A stretch of DNA of 64,000 bases. Source: Tubulanus polymorphus (lineage: Eukaryota; Animalia; Nemertea). Shown one piece after another: positions 41,701 to 52,879 of the stretch. The notes beneath the pieces were generated by a model that had not been told where the DNA came from, did no database searches, and was given only the letters and a program-made list of their open reading frames with translations. Position 1 is the stretch's first letter, and each line of letters opens with the position of its first letter. The DNA lies in assembly GCF_964204645.1 (NCBI RefSeq), contig NC_134030.1, positions 913,355 to 977,354 on the forward strand, given 5' to 3'. A program made the translations under genes and the position numbers.

Positions 41701-44396
41701 CAAATCTGATAACTGTTGTTCAATGTTTAAGCAAATTGTGACACATGGTTCGCGGGTTAAAACTTTGAAGAGTGTTAAAAATATGGTTCGTTGTTTTGGG
41801 CAAAACTTGATAACTTTCCGTGTAAATTTTAATTTATTCATTTTCTATCTATCCTTGTTTTTAGCGTCGATATCTGAAGATGAAAATTCGTTTCTGAGAG
41901 AAAATCGAAAAATAGAAATCGCTGAGCGACGATCGAGGTTTGATTGGAGAGAGAGGGATGGATTACCTAGCGGTTTATCAGTGATCGATCAGTTACCCAT
42001 AGAAACCCAGCATCCGCACATCGATACCAGCTGTAACCACGTTAAACCCTTTTCAAACGATATCTCAATCGATACAGAATTGAGATATCAATTCTGTGAG
42101 AATCTCAAAAACGATGTTGAGTTCGGACGCGATTTCGTAAACGGCGGTAACATGTATAACTTGAAGAGATGCAGTAGTATGCCTCCTTGTCTATCGGCAG
42201 TCGATATATCACAAACACTTGATATTCAAATCCAAGATGAAATGAAGGTACAATTACAGAAATTAAAATTACAGAAAATACAATTACAGAAATTACAATT
42301 ACCGAAATTACAATTACATAAAGTTTGACTGGGTTTCTTATAAACAGTAAATACGTAATAACCTATACTAAATGACGACCTAATCATTCTCAATAAACTT
42401 CAACGATTCAGCAAAATTATGATTTGTTACCATAGTTACGACCTTCCGACTCTCCTCAATCAATTCAGTAAAATTATGATTGTTTTCTCTGCTGCGTATA
42501 ATGATCTAAATTGAATAACAGAATCATGTTTATTCGTGAAGAATGAAATGTTTTGTGTAACTATTCTCCGACAGGCTGGCAGAATCTACCTGGCGCAATA
42601 CCCGCAGTTGAGGGCGCTGTTAGAAGGAACCAGTACAGATAAATACGTCTCATCTCCGGTCGCCTTATTCCACGTGACATCCGACAAAACCGTTCTTCCG
42701 ATCGCGATCCGACTTTATCCGGAAAACGGCGAAGATAATCCAATATGGCTGCCGACTGACGATCCCGTTGATTGGTGGAACGCGAAACTCTGGTTGAAAT
42801 GTGCCGACATTCAACAACAGATTCTCGACGTTCATCTGTTCAGATCTCATTTCGTTGTTGAACCTTTCCTTGTCGCCTGTTACCGGAACCTATCGTCTGC
42901 CAATCCCGTTTATAAATTGATTACGTCATACACACGTGGTCTATTGGCGCGTAATCTGATTGGCTGGTCGCAGGCGGAACGGCGACATCCGGGTCCCGTA
43001 TCTTACTTGTCTAATTTAGCGTTCAAATTCGACGCGAACGATTTATTTTTGAAGAAGGTACTGGCTAAAAACGGTTTGGCGGATTCGGACAAGTTGCCGG
43101 ACTATCGACTGAGAGAAGATGGAAGTCGTATGTGGGATACGATCGAGGAATTCGTACAGAATATCGTCAACGCATCGTACACAGACGATCAACAGTTGAT
43201 CGACGATCGGGAGCTTGAGAATTGGATCAACGATGTAAAATTGAACGGATTTCCGAAAGGTTCGATTTCTGAGGTGATTCCAGATAAATTCACAAGTCTT
43301 CAACTATTAGTCGAATGGTTAACGATGATTGTGTTCACGGCTACTTGTGTTCATTGTCGCAGTAAAATCACAAAACAAACCGATTGTGCCGGGTAAGCTT
43401 AACATATACCAGGGACGGCCAGTCAGAGCTTACACTTTAAGACCAGTTTAAGCTCATTTTGGTTCTATAACCAATCTAACAACTTAAGATCAGTCTAACC
43501 TCATTTTTGTTCTATAGCTAACAAATAAAGACCAGTCTAAGACCACCTGGTTTCTAGAGGGCTCAGCCGTGACTTAAATCCAGTAGCCTTGAATCTTATA
43601 AGATTAGTCTTAAGTCGTAGGAGAACGGTCTTAAATGTGAGACATAACTGTGAAGCTGGTTCCTGGCACGGATTTAGGCGGTATTTCCGAGTTCTGGACC
43701 CAGCCTTCAACTGAGGCTACTCCTGACATTTTTACGTTGGTGGCACACGAGTTTTAATTGCATGTGTAATTTCAGCGCTGTTTTGGACTGGTTGCCGTTT
43801 ATGCGTCAGTCTCCTCCCACTGCGAAAGGAACGACAACACCGGAAGACATCTACAATGCGTTACCAATAGCAACCGATAGTTTAGTGAAACGTGTGACTG
43901 AACCGAGCAGCAAACACGAGAAAAAGGTGAATATTAGCTCGAAATCATAAGGTGGTTTGGAAAGACTGGTCCAGTATTTGAGGGTAAAACTTTTGCTAGA
44001 AATATTTTGTGAAAGATTTTTATGTTTCGGCGATACGTTTTGTTTTGCCGCGTGACCATTCTCAAGACCACAGTTTCGGTACAAGTTTGCGTGGGCGATT
44101 TGCGTTGCGAGACCATTTATGATGAAAATCAGTTTCTTTAAGTGAATAAGGTCCTTGGGTCCAGATTCACCAAAAGTTTAAGATTTTGAAAACGTGAAAT
44201 TGCACATAAAGCAACTAAACCAAAGATTTTGGTTTAACCTTGGAATTTGGACCTGACGAAATTGATTATATTTCAGGTGAAATTGGCTCAGTTCCTGCCG
44301 TGTTCATTCACTGACGAATGTTACAAAAAAATCATTCATAAATTACGCGACAATTTGACAGATCTACCCGACTTCAAATGGTCGTATTGTTGTTAG
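35736..44396 (+). CDS. Catalase-like allene oxide synthase - PLAT - lipoxygenase fusion (coral cAOS-LOX type), ~976 aa. Exons 35736-35834, 36186-36376, 38524-38760, 39159-39353, 39497-39975, 40483-40604, 41195-41330, 41865-42247, 42575-43392, 43776-43926, 44277-44396
   Basis: AOS motifs RPSHPTGVGG, RIRHGN..DDAGLDGRSASIKF, LDLVMNTG, RRAPDS, WNEKTHPW, ARIKVY; PLAT motifs VKTSNKEKAGTDG, DVGEI, FPCYMW; LOX motifs LPIAIRL, WWNAKLW, HLFRSH, REDG, VFTATCVH. Eleven exons join without stops. Confidence 0.92.
36988..37977 (-). CDS. Intronless class A (rhodopsin-like) GPCR, 329 aa, nested antisense in cAOS-LOX intron 2 (36377-38523)
   Basis: Seven hydrophobic segments; N-terminal NST sequon; TM2 LAFSD; TM3 Cys and AVERSIAV (DRY variant); ECL2 Cys; TM6 FFVFNAP; TM7 NSAVNFFIY; helix-8 FR. 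These variants resemble invertebrate FMRFamide-receptor-like/chemoreceptor expansions. Confidence 0.9.
   Translation of the reverse strand: MMSPMTNSTDDTVTVSYAFLRSGAWQNAVWYAFNIYIYFWMVTGVTGGLLSVVVLFRLRRTIDACTFQYLIPLAFSDTSFVVTFSLKCLERIHIVAGTEAHGRYVFYAVNEVTCKLGMVLINISIEISTWILLCFAVERSIAVLVPLRIGRLVTRARRRNLVSSIFLYYAVTEAALGVTFHIRTIGHGLKNCQLKTFSRIIEQILAIYNFSMMTIIPWIGFIFSTVLIAIQFVRRDVQFTKTNISEQQRRCVRNLICIIVAFFVFNAPNTVINLFSYATDKMKYLPTQINHLTHLIGGVLMIANSAVNFFIYIVNLRSFRAELILLVKL
40098..40138 (+). ncRNA. Isolated minimal hammerhead-like motif of a different family, in cAOS-LOX intron 5
   Basis: TAC-CCGATGA-A-GCTA-ctacgatgcac-TAGC-GAAA-GT-TC-GTA; U4C core variant, 3-bp helix I. Confidence 0.45.
40192..40410. 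mobile_element. MITE family B full copy plus an inverted partial copy in cAOS-LOX intron 5
   Basis: Same TIRs and internal tagaactaagttggtcttagactggtcttaag core; CTG flanks. Confidence 0.75.
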
Positions 44397-44731
44397 TGTT
44401 GTCGCTCGGGGCGACGGTCGACCATGGTGGCACACGAGGTCAAGGTCAAATCTCGAATTCAATCTGTTCTATATACGTTACAAAAATAAGGCCTGGTGAA
44501 TTCACGAATATGTACGGGTGCCTCCCCCTAGTGTTGAACAAACATGTTAATTTCTAATGCATTTCCTCATGTGGGTTTAGAATTTAACCAGTGATAAAAT
44601 AGTTTACCTGAAATCTAATACGTCTGACTCATTTTCAAACTTAATATTATCATTTTATCTTGATTCTAAATGCGGAAATGTTTCATCAATCGTCAAAATA
44701 TCTTGAGAATCCGCAAGAAATATTGTTAAAC

Positions 44732-44800
44732 TTTATTCGTGAAGATGACTATTAGGATATCGGCTAAACGTTGGAATAAACTACACTAGCTCAAGGAAAC
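44732..44800 (+). mobile_element. Hammerhead portion of the same repeat with mutated core, downstream of the cAOS-LOX stop
   Basis: ttattcGTGAAGATGACTattaggatatcggcTAAACGTTggaataaactacactagctcaagg. Confidence 0.6.
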
Positions 44801-46059
44801 CTTTCCAGATTTCATATCATTTTTTTTGTTATTTTTGATCTAGAAATAGGGATTGGTCCTGTCATTTATTTGATTTGTAGATTTCGTTTGATTTGTTGTG
44901 GGATTATCGTCAGCACGGATGATAGTGTTTTATCAATCGGGTTATAATGCTGTATCAGAATTTTGTTATTTGATTCAAAAGATTTCATTTCTCTATTCAT
45001 ATCGTCTGTTAACAGTTTACAAATTCTTATTCTCTTCGGTAATAAAATGTTCTAAGAACTCGTTGAAAAAAAATCATTTGTGTCTCTTTGTATTGTAATA
45101 TTCGTCGTCGTTTGAGTCATCGCTTGCCACAGTCGCAATCCATTTTTTACCGTCGAGTGCTGCCCTCCTGTAAATCAACAGCGGCAAATCTGTGAACTAA
45201 TTCATACCTCGCTAGCCACGGTTAGATACCGATTTTAGATCATAATGTTGACCGTCAAGTGCTGCCAATCATTGGCGGTGAATATGTGAACTAATAGATT
45301 ACTCGCATGCCACAGTAAGACACAGCTAGAGTGTAGGAAATAAATTACTGCCAGGTATCTCAGAATTCAGAGGGTTCTCAGAATCGATCTCCAGGCACTG
45401 TTCTCTCACGATTCTAAGAAAATAAGAATTTCAGCGAGACCTTGACAGAATAATTCTGTCAAGTTCCTGTCGTGTAAATGAAGGACAACTCATGAACAAG
45501 ACCACTGTAATGATTCGCAAAATTTAGAATCAAAAGAAATAAGAAAATTGATGCGACTTTTAAGATTTATCATAATAGATATTCATCATGTTTGCACCAA
45601 CAAATATCAAGGAATGTCTTTCAATGATTTTTTGAGCTGAAATTTCAGGGAGTTTTCAAGATATTTGTCGATATTTCTAATGCGTTGTTGGCTGAAAGCA
45701 CTCTAATCTATATATCTGACTGAGCTTATTTCAAAATCAGATCATTTGAAATAAGTTAATTCTCAAATTGAATATTTTCTCCACGCAACTGCGGAGAGCT
45801 GGATTTTCTCCTATACCCAACAATCATTGAATCGCGATAGGAAGTTTGTAAAAGTCGTTAGTTATTTCCTAGAAACCGATGCGGCCTGTCTTTGTTACGT
45901 CGAATTGTAAAGAATGAACGGAACGCGTTTTGAAAGTTTTTTTTTTCAAATAGTCGAAAAGTAATTCAATTTCTTGGAAAAGTCATTGAGCAAAGTTTCT
46001 TTGATTATTTTCGCGGAAAACCTAACCGACCGTACGACAATCCAACCCTCCCCTACTAC

Positions 46060-46769
46060 ACTTCCACAGTTCTCGGTTTAGTGGACCCAGTCCCGCTTTC
46101 CCAGACTCCACTTCCACAGTTCTCGGTTCAGTGGACCCAGTCCCACTGTCCCAGACTCCATTTGCACAGTTCTCGGTTTAGTGGACCCAGTCCCACTTTC
46201 CCAGACTCCACTTCCACAGTTCTCGGTTCAGTGGACCCAGTCCCACTGTCCCAGACTCCATTTCCACAGTTCTCGGTTTAGTGGACCCAGTCCCACTTTC
46301 CCAGACTCCACATCCACAGTTCTCGGGTCAGTGGACCCAGTCCCACTGTCCCGGACTCCACTTCCACAGTTCTCGGTTCAGTGGACCCAGTCCCACTGTC
46401 CCGGACTCCACTTCCACAGTTCGCGGCTCAGTGGACCCAGTCCTACTGTCCCAGACTCCACTTCCACAGTTCTCGGTTCAGTGGACCCAGTCCCACTGTC
46501 CCAGACTCCACTTCCACAGTTCTCGGTTCAGTGGACCCAGTCCCACTGTCCCGGACTCCACTTCCACAGTTCGCGGCTCAGTGGACCCAGTCCCACTGTC
46601 CCGGACTCCACTTCCACAGTTCGCGGTTCAGTGGACCCAGTCCCACTGTCCCAGACTCCACTTCCACAGTTCGCGGTTCAGTGGACCCAGTCCTACTGTC
46701 CCAGACTCCATTTCCACAGTTCTCGGTTCAGTGGACCCAGTCCCACTGTCCCCAGACTCCGCTTCCACA
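46060..46769. repeat. 50-bp minisatellite x ~14 between cAOS-LOX and CYP
   Basis: cttccacagttctcggttcagtggacccagtcccactgtcccagactcca. Confidence 0.95.
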
Positions 46770-47256
46770 GGAAAATGCCCTTTCTCTTGAAATAGAACTG
46801 TCCATCAAAACAGCTCGGTACGGACCTGATAATTCACTATGCGGCCTGGAATTTATTTAGGAAGAAAAGAAAAGACTCATAAATTGCATGAATGAAATTC
46901 ATTCCAAGAAGTCAATTGCTGTTTCAGTCATAAATTACCGTCATTGAAATCAACTTGGAGTTTTTTTTACGATTGGGAACATTCGTGTTTTGGGCGGCAC
47001 TAACAGCGGTCGGGCTCAGTGTGTACGACGCGTACACACCGCTTAGATCTGTGTTGACTTCATTCTTTCTAACACGGGTCAATAGACAAACCTACCGTCT
47101 CCCTATCTAAACAAGCGAGTTTCTTTTTGCGTGTGTAAAATCGAGTTGATTTCACTTGACGGAATGTTCGAAGCTCGTCAGTATAGTTCGCAGCTGTGGT
47201 CTGTATGTAAGAGTAATGCAGCTCTGTTAACGGCCGGATTAAACAGTGGTCGCGTC

Positions 47257-50200
47257 ATGTTGTTAGTTAAAATAGGTAAATTAAGTACGGTGATTAAAAC
47301 TAAGGCAGGAATTGTAATGATATCGCCGTGGACGGCTTTACTATTACCAGTAGTACCTATTATGATTGTGGCTACAGTTGCTTATATCAGAAAGGTGAGA
47401 TGTGAATTCGTCTGAGAATGCTTGCATTCAGATCATAACCATTGATGCTTAAACAATCGTTGCTGTAAAGATAATATAAAATCCCTGCACACTAAGAATA
47501 AAAAGAGTTTGAAATGTTTCATTGAGCTAGTGTAGTTTATTCAATGTTTCAACTATATCCTAATAGTCATCTTCAGGAATACTGTATTCCTTGAGCTAGT
47601 GTTGTTTATTCAACGTTTTGACTTTATCCTAATAGTCATCTTCAGGAATACTGTATTCCTTGAGCTAGTGTAGTTTATTCAACGTTTCGACTTTATCCTA
47701 ATAGTCATCTTCAGGAATACTGTATTCCTTGAGCTAGTGTAGTTTATTCAACGTTTTGACTTTATCCTAATAGTCATCTTCAGGAATACTGTATTCCTTG
47801 AGCTAGTGTAGTTTATTCAACGTTTCGACTTTATCCTAATAGTCATCTTCAGGAATACTGTATTCCTTGAGCTAGTGTAGTTTATTCAACGTTTCGACTT
47901 TATCCTAATAGTCATCTTCAGGAATACTGTATTCCTTGAGCTAGTGTAGTTTATTCAACGTTTCGACTTTATCCTAATAGCCATCTTCAGGAATACTGTA
48001 TTCCTTGAGCTAGTGTAGTTTATTCAACGTTTCAACTTTATCCTAATAGTCATCTTCAGGAATACTGTATTCCTTGAGCTAGTGTAGTTTATTCAACGTT
48101 TCGACTTTATCCTAATAGTCATCTTCAGGAATACTGTATTCCTTGAGCTAGTGTAGTTTATTCAACGTTTCTACTTTATCCTAATAGTCATCTTCAGGAA
48201 TACTGTATCCTTGGCCTAGAAGTTTATTCAACGTTTCGACTATATCCTAATAGTCATCTTCAGAAATACTGTATTCCTTGAGCTAGTGTAGTTTATTCAA
48301 CGTTTCGACTTTATCCTAATAGCCATCTTCAGGAATACTGTATTCCTTGAGCTAGTGTAGTTTATTCAACGTTTCGACTTTATCCTAATAGTCATCTTCA
48401 GGAATACTGATGTTGTCCTCATTATAACCTTGATTATTAAAAATCAGAGTCCGTGATTTTATATAATCTCACAACATGGACTCAGGGTGTTTCATCAATG
48501 GTTATAATGAGGACAACATCAGTATTCCTGAAGATGGCTATTGGGATAAATTACTAGTTCATGGAAACATTTCGAAGCTAGTAATTCTACTCAATATCCT
48601 AAATGTCATCTTAAGGAATATATAGTATTTTCCCGACCATTAAGAAGCAGTCAAAACGTAAAACAATAAAATCTCTTTATTCTAGTCAAAGAAACTGAAA
48701 CCATTGACAGGACTTTCGCCGACTCATTCACAAAAAGGAAACATCCCTGAGATAAAAGCGGCCCGAAGTTTCCATGCATTCCTGGCTGATCTGCACGATA
48801 ATTACGGCCCTGTGGCCACGTTCTGGTACGGCAGGCGTAAATGTTGCAGTATCAATTCGCCTGAACATTATCAGCAAATAGAGACTTTATTCGACAGACC
48901 AGGTGCGTGCTACTATCTCCTAGTAATCCTCCCCACCCCTTACACCAGAGCACAGCTGTACTGCACGAAAGTGGTCTGAACTCATAAACTTGATAAAGTT
49001 GTTAGATTCCTTATAGAACAAATATAAGCTTACATGGTCTTAAATTGTTAGATTGGAAATAGAACCAATATGTGCTTAGAGATTGAACTTGATTTGTTAG
49101 ATTTGTTTACTAACATAACTTAGACCGGTCTTTAATTGTTATATTGCCGATAGACCTAAAATGAGCTCAAACTGAATTAAATTTGTTGTATTAGCTATAG
49201 AACTAAAATGGCACCTCAGAATTATACATGCTAATGGAAGAACGAGTGTTGGGCCGGTTTTATAGACTGGTATTTATTCAAACCTTAGGGCTGACTCAAT
49301 TCATTTCCTATTTCCTATAACCCCAAGGGTAAAGTTGATACCAGTCTATAGAATCAACCCCTGGGCAATATTTCAATATTATCAATTATTCTTTTTGAGA
49401 TAATTTCAATTTGTTAAATCTTTCATCGACAGTAACACTGTTCCGGTACAGTGATATTCTATATGGCGAACAGTCGGTTATGTTTACTAACGGAACGGAC
49501 GGTAGGCGGCGCCACAAGTTGTATGCTAATGCGTTTAGCCATCGCGCGGTGGCGCCACTGTACCAAACACTGCAGCAGGTGAGAGATCAGTAAAAAGTTA
49601 TAGCTATCAGTCCAATAATTTTTTAATGAATATATATATATTGATATTATATCAAATTTTTTTTGTTTCATAGTTGGCAGACGATGTCGCTGACGCCTGG
49701 GAGAAACTGCCCCCTGGTGATAAGATTCCCGTCATGGCGACAATGTTCGATTACGTCATACGATGTGTGACGCAATCGATTTTCGGGGACGCCTTTAAAG
49801 ACGAAGCTAAGATTAACAAACTCGTGGAATCCTACGATTACGTAAGTATCTTATATTTCAACATTATTGCACTGTAGAATATCGAGAATTAATCATTTTA
49901 ACCATCTCGCTAGGCTGGGATTCGAACCTGATGGCATCGGGACATATGCAAATTTATGCTAATTCCGTGCGGTAGTAGAGTTTCGATGTTATCAGGTTCG
50001 AGTCCCGGTCTAGGCAAGATGCTGGTTCGAAGGGTTTCGATTTTTTTAAGGTAAGAAACAATATGGAAAAGGTGTCGCTAGGAGGCGGAGATGCGGAGCA
50101 GATGGAGAAAGGTCTGAAAAATTTAAATAATGGAACATTTTAATTGTCACTTATGAAATCATAGGCTCGCAATAGAAACGTTTTACATCAATTCAACATA

Positions 50201-52343
50201 GCAAAAATTGATATCAGATATCAGATATTTCTTTTCTTATGTCATCGTTTTTAGTTGCTAAGGAGATTGTTGCTATTTTGGATGATGTAATAAAAATGCG
50301 TCGCCATAGAAACGACGATGATTCCGATAATTACGTGTTGTTTATCGAGGTATTGTTGGGTGCCGGATTGAAGGATGACGTTTTACGCGATGACGCTAGG
50401 ACGTTTTTATCGAACGCTTTGGATAAAACAACCAGCGGTAAGCGATATTGCAATATCACATCTCAACCCTCCTTCATTGAGATATACTCGTTCCAGCTAT
50501 TGTGATGATGAATTGAATCACAAAATGCATTATAATTAATTGTTTAAAAAATGACATGGTCGTCATTTTAGTTACTAATTATAATTTTACAGTTTACAGA
50601 ATCATTGAAGCTATAGATTTTAGATTTATTAAGACTAGTCTTCTTTGTTCTGTATTGCGAATCTTAAAATTTTAGACCATTTTAAGCTCATTTGTATTTT
50701 ATAACCGAAAAAAATTATTTTCAAACCAGTATTACGAATAGTTTAGATTTACGGTAAGGTGTGGCGTTGACAGTGATCCCTGATTTGGTTTTTGTTGTAT
50801 CTGTAGCTGCGGCGTGGGTTTTGTACTATTTAGCTGAGAATCCGTCTGTACAGGAAAAATGTTACGCGGAAATAGACACAGTGTTAGCAGCTGATGAGAT
50901 TTTACAGACGACCCACATCGGCCAATTGAGGTAAATTCCTACTAATACAGAGTCTTCTTGCTTTAGACATTATATTTCATTTTCCAGAAATAAGTTATTG
51001 AAAAGACAAAATGATATATAGTTTTACGACGTCGATTGTAACGAATTTCAATTTTGAAAATAATGATAATAATAAATATAGCTGCAAAGCAGCGATATCG
51101 GGTTTCTGCGTTGCTGGTTTAAATGTCGCACTGGGGAAGCGTACAGAGAATTTATCGAAATAATTCAAATCAGTTATTATTGATATGATATTTACAGATA
51201 TTTAAGGCAGGTGATGTGTGAAGCGCTCAGATGTTCATCCATCGTATCGTTTACGGCAAGATTCAATCCGTATTCTGATACTACTATAGGACAGTACAGT
51301 ATTCCTAAAGGGGTAAATAAATATCTATGCTCAGAATACACCAGAAAATTGTATCATTGGTTTCAAGTTCAACTAAATTCATGGCTTCAATTTCTAAATT
51401 CTTAAATTCAGGTTGTCAATGAGGACAACTATTCAATTTTAAGAATCTGGGGCCGATTACAAAGTCAGACCAGTTTAAGACAATCTAATTACTATAGTCA
51501 ATCTAGCGACTTAAGATTCAAGACCACTTTCGAACTTAAGTCTCAATTATGGAACTTGCCCCAGGGCACAGTCATGACTTAAACCCTTAAATGGTCGTTA
51601 ATCTTAAGGCGGGTCTTATAGAGGTCTTAGATTAAAGCCTTTGTTGCAACTGGTCCTGGGCCCTGATCTGAGCTGTTGGTGTCAAATCATTGTTCCTTGT
51701 TTTCAGATGCCGATCGTTTCAGCTATCGGGTCGACCAATCAGAACGAGGAATTATTCCCGAACCCGAAACAGTAAGTAAGAACCGTCACGTGACTTTGAT
51801 CGCACTTCCGGGCCTGTCTAAGCTCATGCTGGTGAATCGGAGCAGTCTTCAGTTTTAAGACAATTTTAATCTTAGTTTTGACTGCGGGACAGTTCCACAG
51901 TAGATCCACAGTAGGATTAAGACTCACTAGCAGAAGTCAATTCATTTTGAATAACTCTGAGTCAATCTAAACTCACGACTGTGTAAACTGAATCCGGCCG
52001 TTACTAATAAACCTATTCCCAACTCACTGTTTGATTTTCTCAAATATAAGATAAACATGTATATATTTTATCAATGATTCCCTTTTTCAGATTTGACCCC
52101 GCGCGATTCGACCCTGAACACGTCACACTTAACGGTCACCATTGTTTCGAACCTTTCGGATTCGCCGGCAACCGGAAGTGCCCGGGATTTAGATTCGCGC
52201 ACGCGCAAATATTCACGTTGCTCGTGACGTTGTTGCAGAGATTCCGATTGAGACTGGTTCCCGGCCAGAACGTGCGCAAACGATACGGAATCGTAACCAG
52301 TCCAAACAAGGAATTTTACATTACTGTTGAAAAACGATTATAG
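47257..52343 (+). CDS. Cytochrome P450, CYP20-like, ~470-490 aa. Exons 47257 (or 47317)-47394, 48686-48902, 49433-49578, 49674-49841, 50051-50111, 50255-50437, 50807-50930, 51198-51312, 51707-51771, 52091-52343
   Basis: N-terminal TM anchor; GNIPEI..SFHAFLADLHDNYGPVATFWYGRR resembles CYP20A1 GNLPDI..SLHEFLVNLHERYGPVVSFWFGRR; K-helix EALR; FDPARF; heme loop PFGFAGNRKCPG. Start codon is ambiguous. Confidence 0.9.
47437..48620 (-). mobile_element. Retrozyme-like (hammerhead-containing) repeat with internal amplification and an adjacent inverted copy, in CYP intron 1
   Basis: Array flanks match dispersed copies at 9949-10094 and 31990-32238; ~48450-48575 is an inverted partial copy. Confidence 0.65.
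47522..48408 (-). ncRNA. Tandem array of 13 x 69-bp units, each a minimal type I hammerhead ribozyme motif
   Basis: Minus-strand unit: TATTC-CTGAAGA-T-GACT-attaggataa-AGTC-GAAA-CG-TT-GAATA, i.e. helix I, CUGANGA core, helix II, GAAA, palindromic ACGU helix III and an NUH site. About 8 of 13 units keep an intact core. Confidence 0.8.
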
Positions 52344-52879
52344 AATCAAAGCTTCAAAGCAGGAATAACGGGTTTTCTGCGCTACTGGTGTCGATGTACT
52401 GAAAAATGCAGTGAATGGAGTTCCATTAATTTAGCGTCATTGTGGAGGATGAACAACTTTTTTTAACGTATTTTTAACTTTTTAAAGTTGAAATCACAAA
52501 GATCAAATTCTTTCCAGCAAAGTATAAGTTTCAAGGCTAATCACTTTTTCAATATCGGAATTTCAATGTCTGTGATTTACGATTGTGGTTTGTCCTGCAT
52601 TTGGACGCAGCAATTGATGACAAACAGTAAATTCTTTTCGAGACGAAAAAAACGAACAGATACTCCGTGACCAGCACCTTCAAGAAACCGTGTCTGCCAT
52701 AAATACTTATCCGATATACACACTAACTTTAGGCAATGTAAAAATGATATTAGGCTAGAGAAGAATATAATAGAACTTGATGATGACTTAGTAACTAGTT
52801 TATTTGAATTTATGATCGGGTCCTATATTCTACCTGTGAAGAAATTTTCAAACCTTCATCGAGACAGAGTTGATAGAAT

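Noticed and set aside
46081-46860. Repetitive ORFs in three frames
   Set aside because: Stop-free 50-bp minisatellite (not a multiple of 3).
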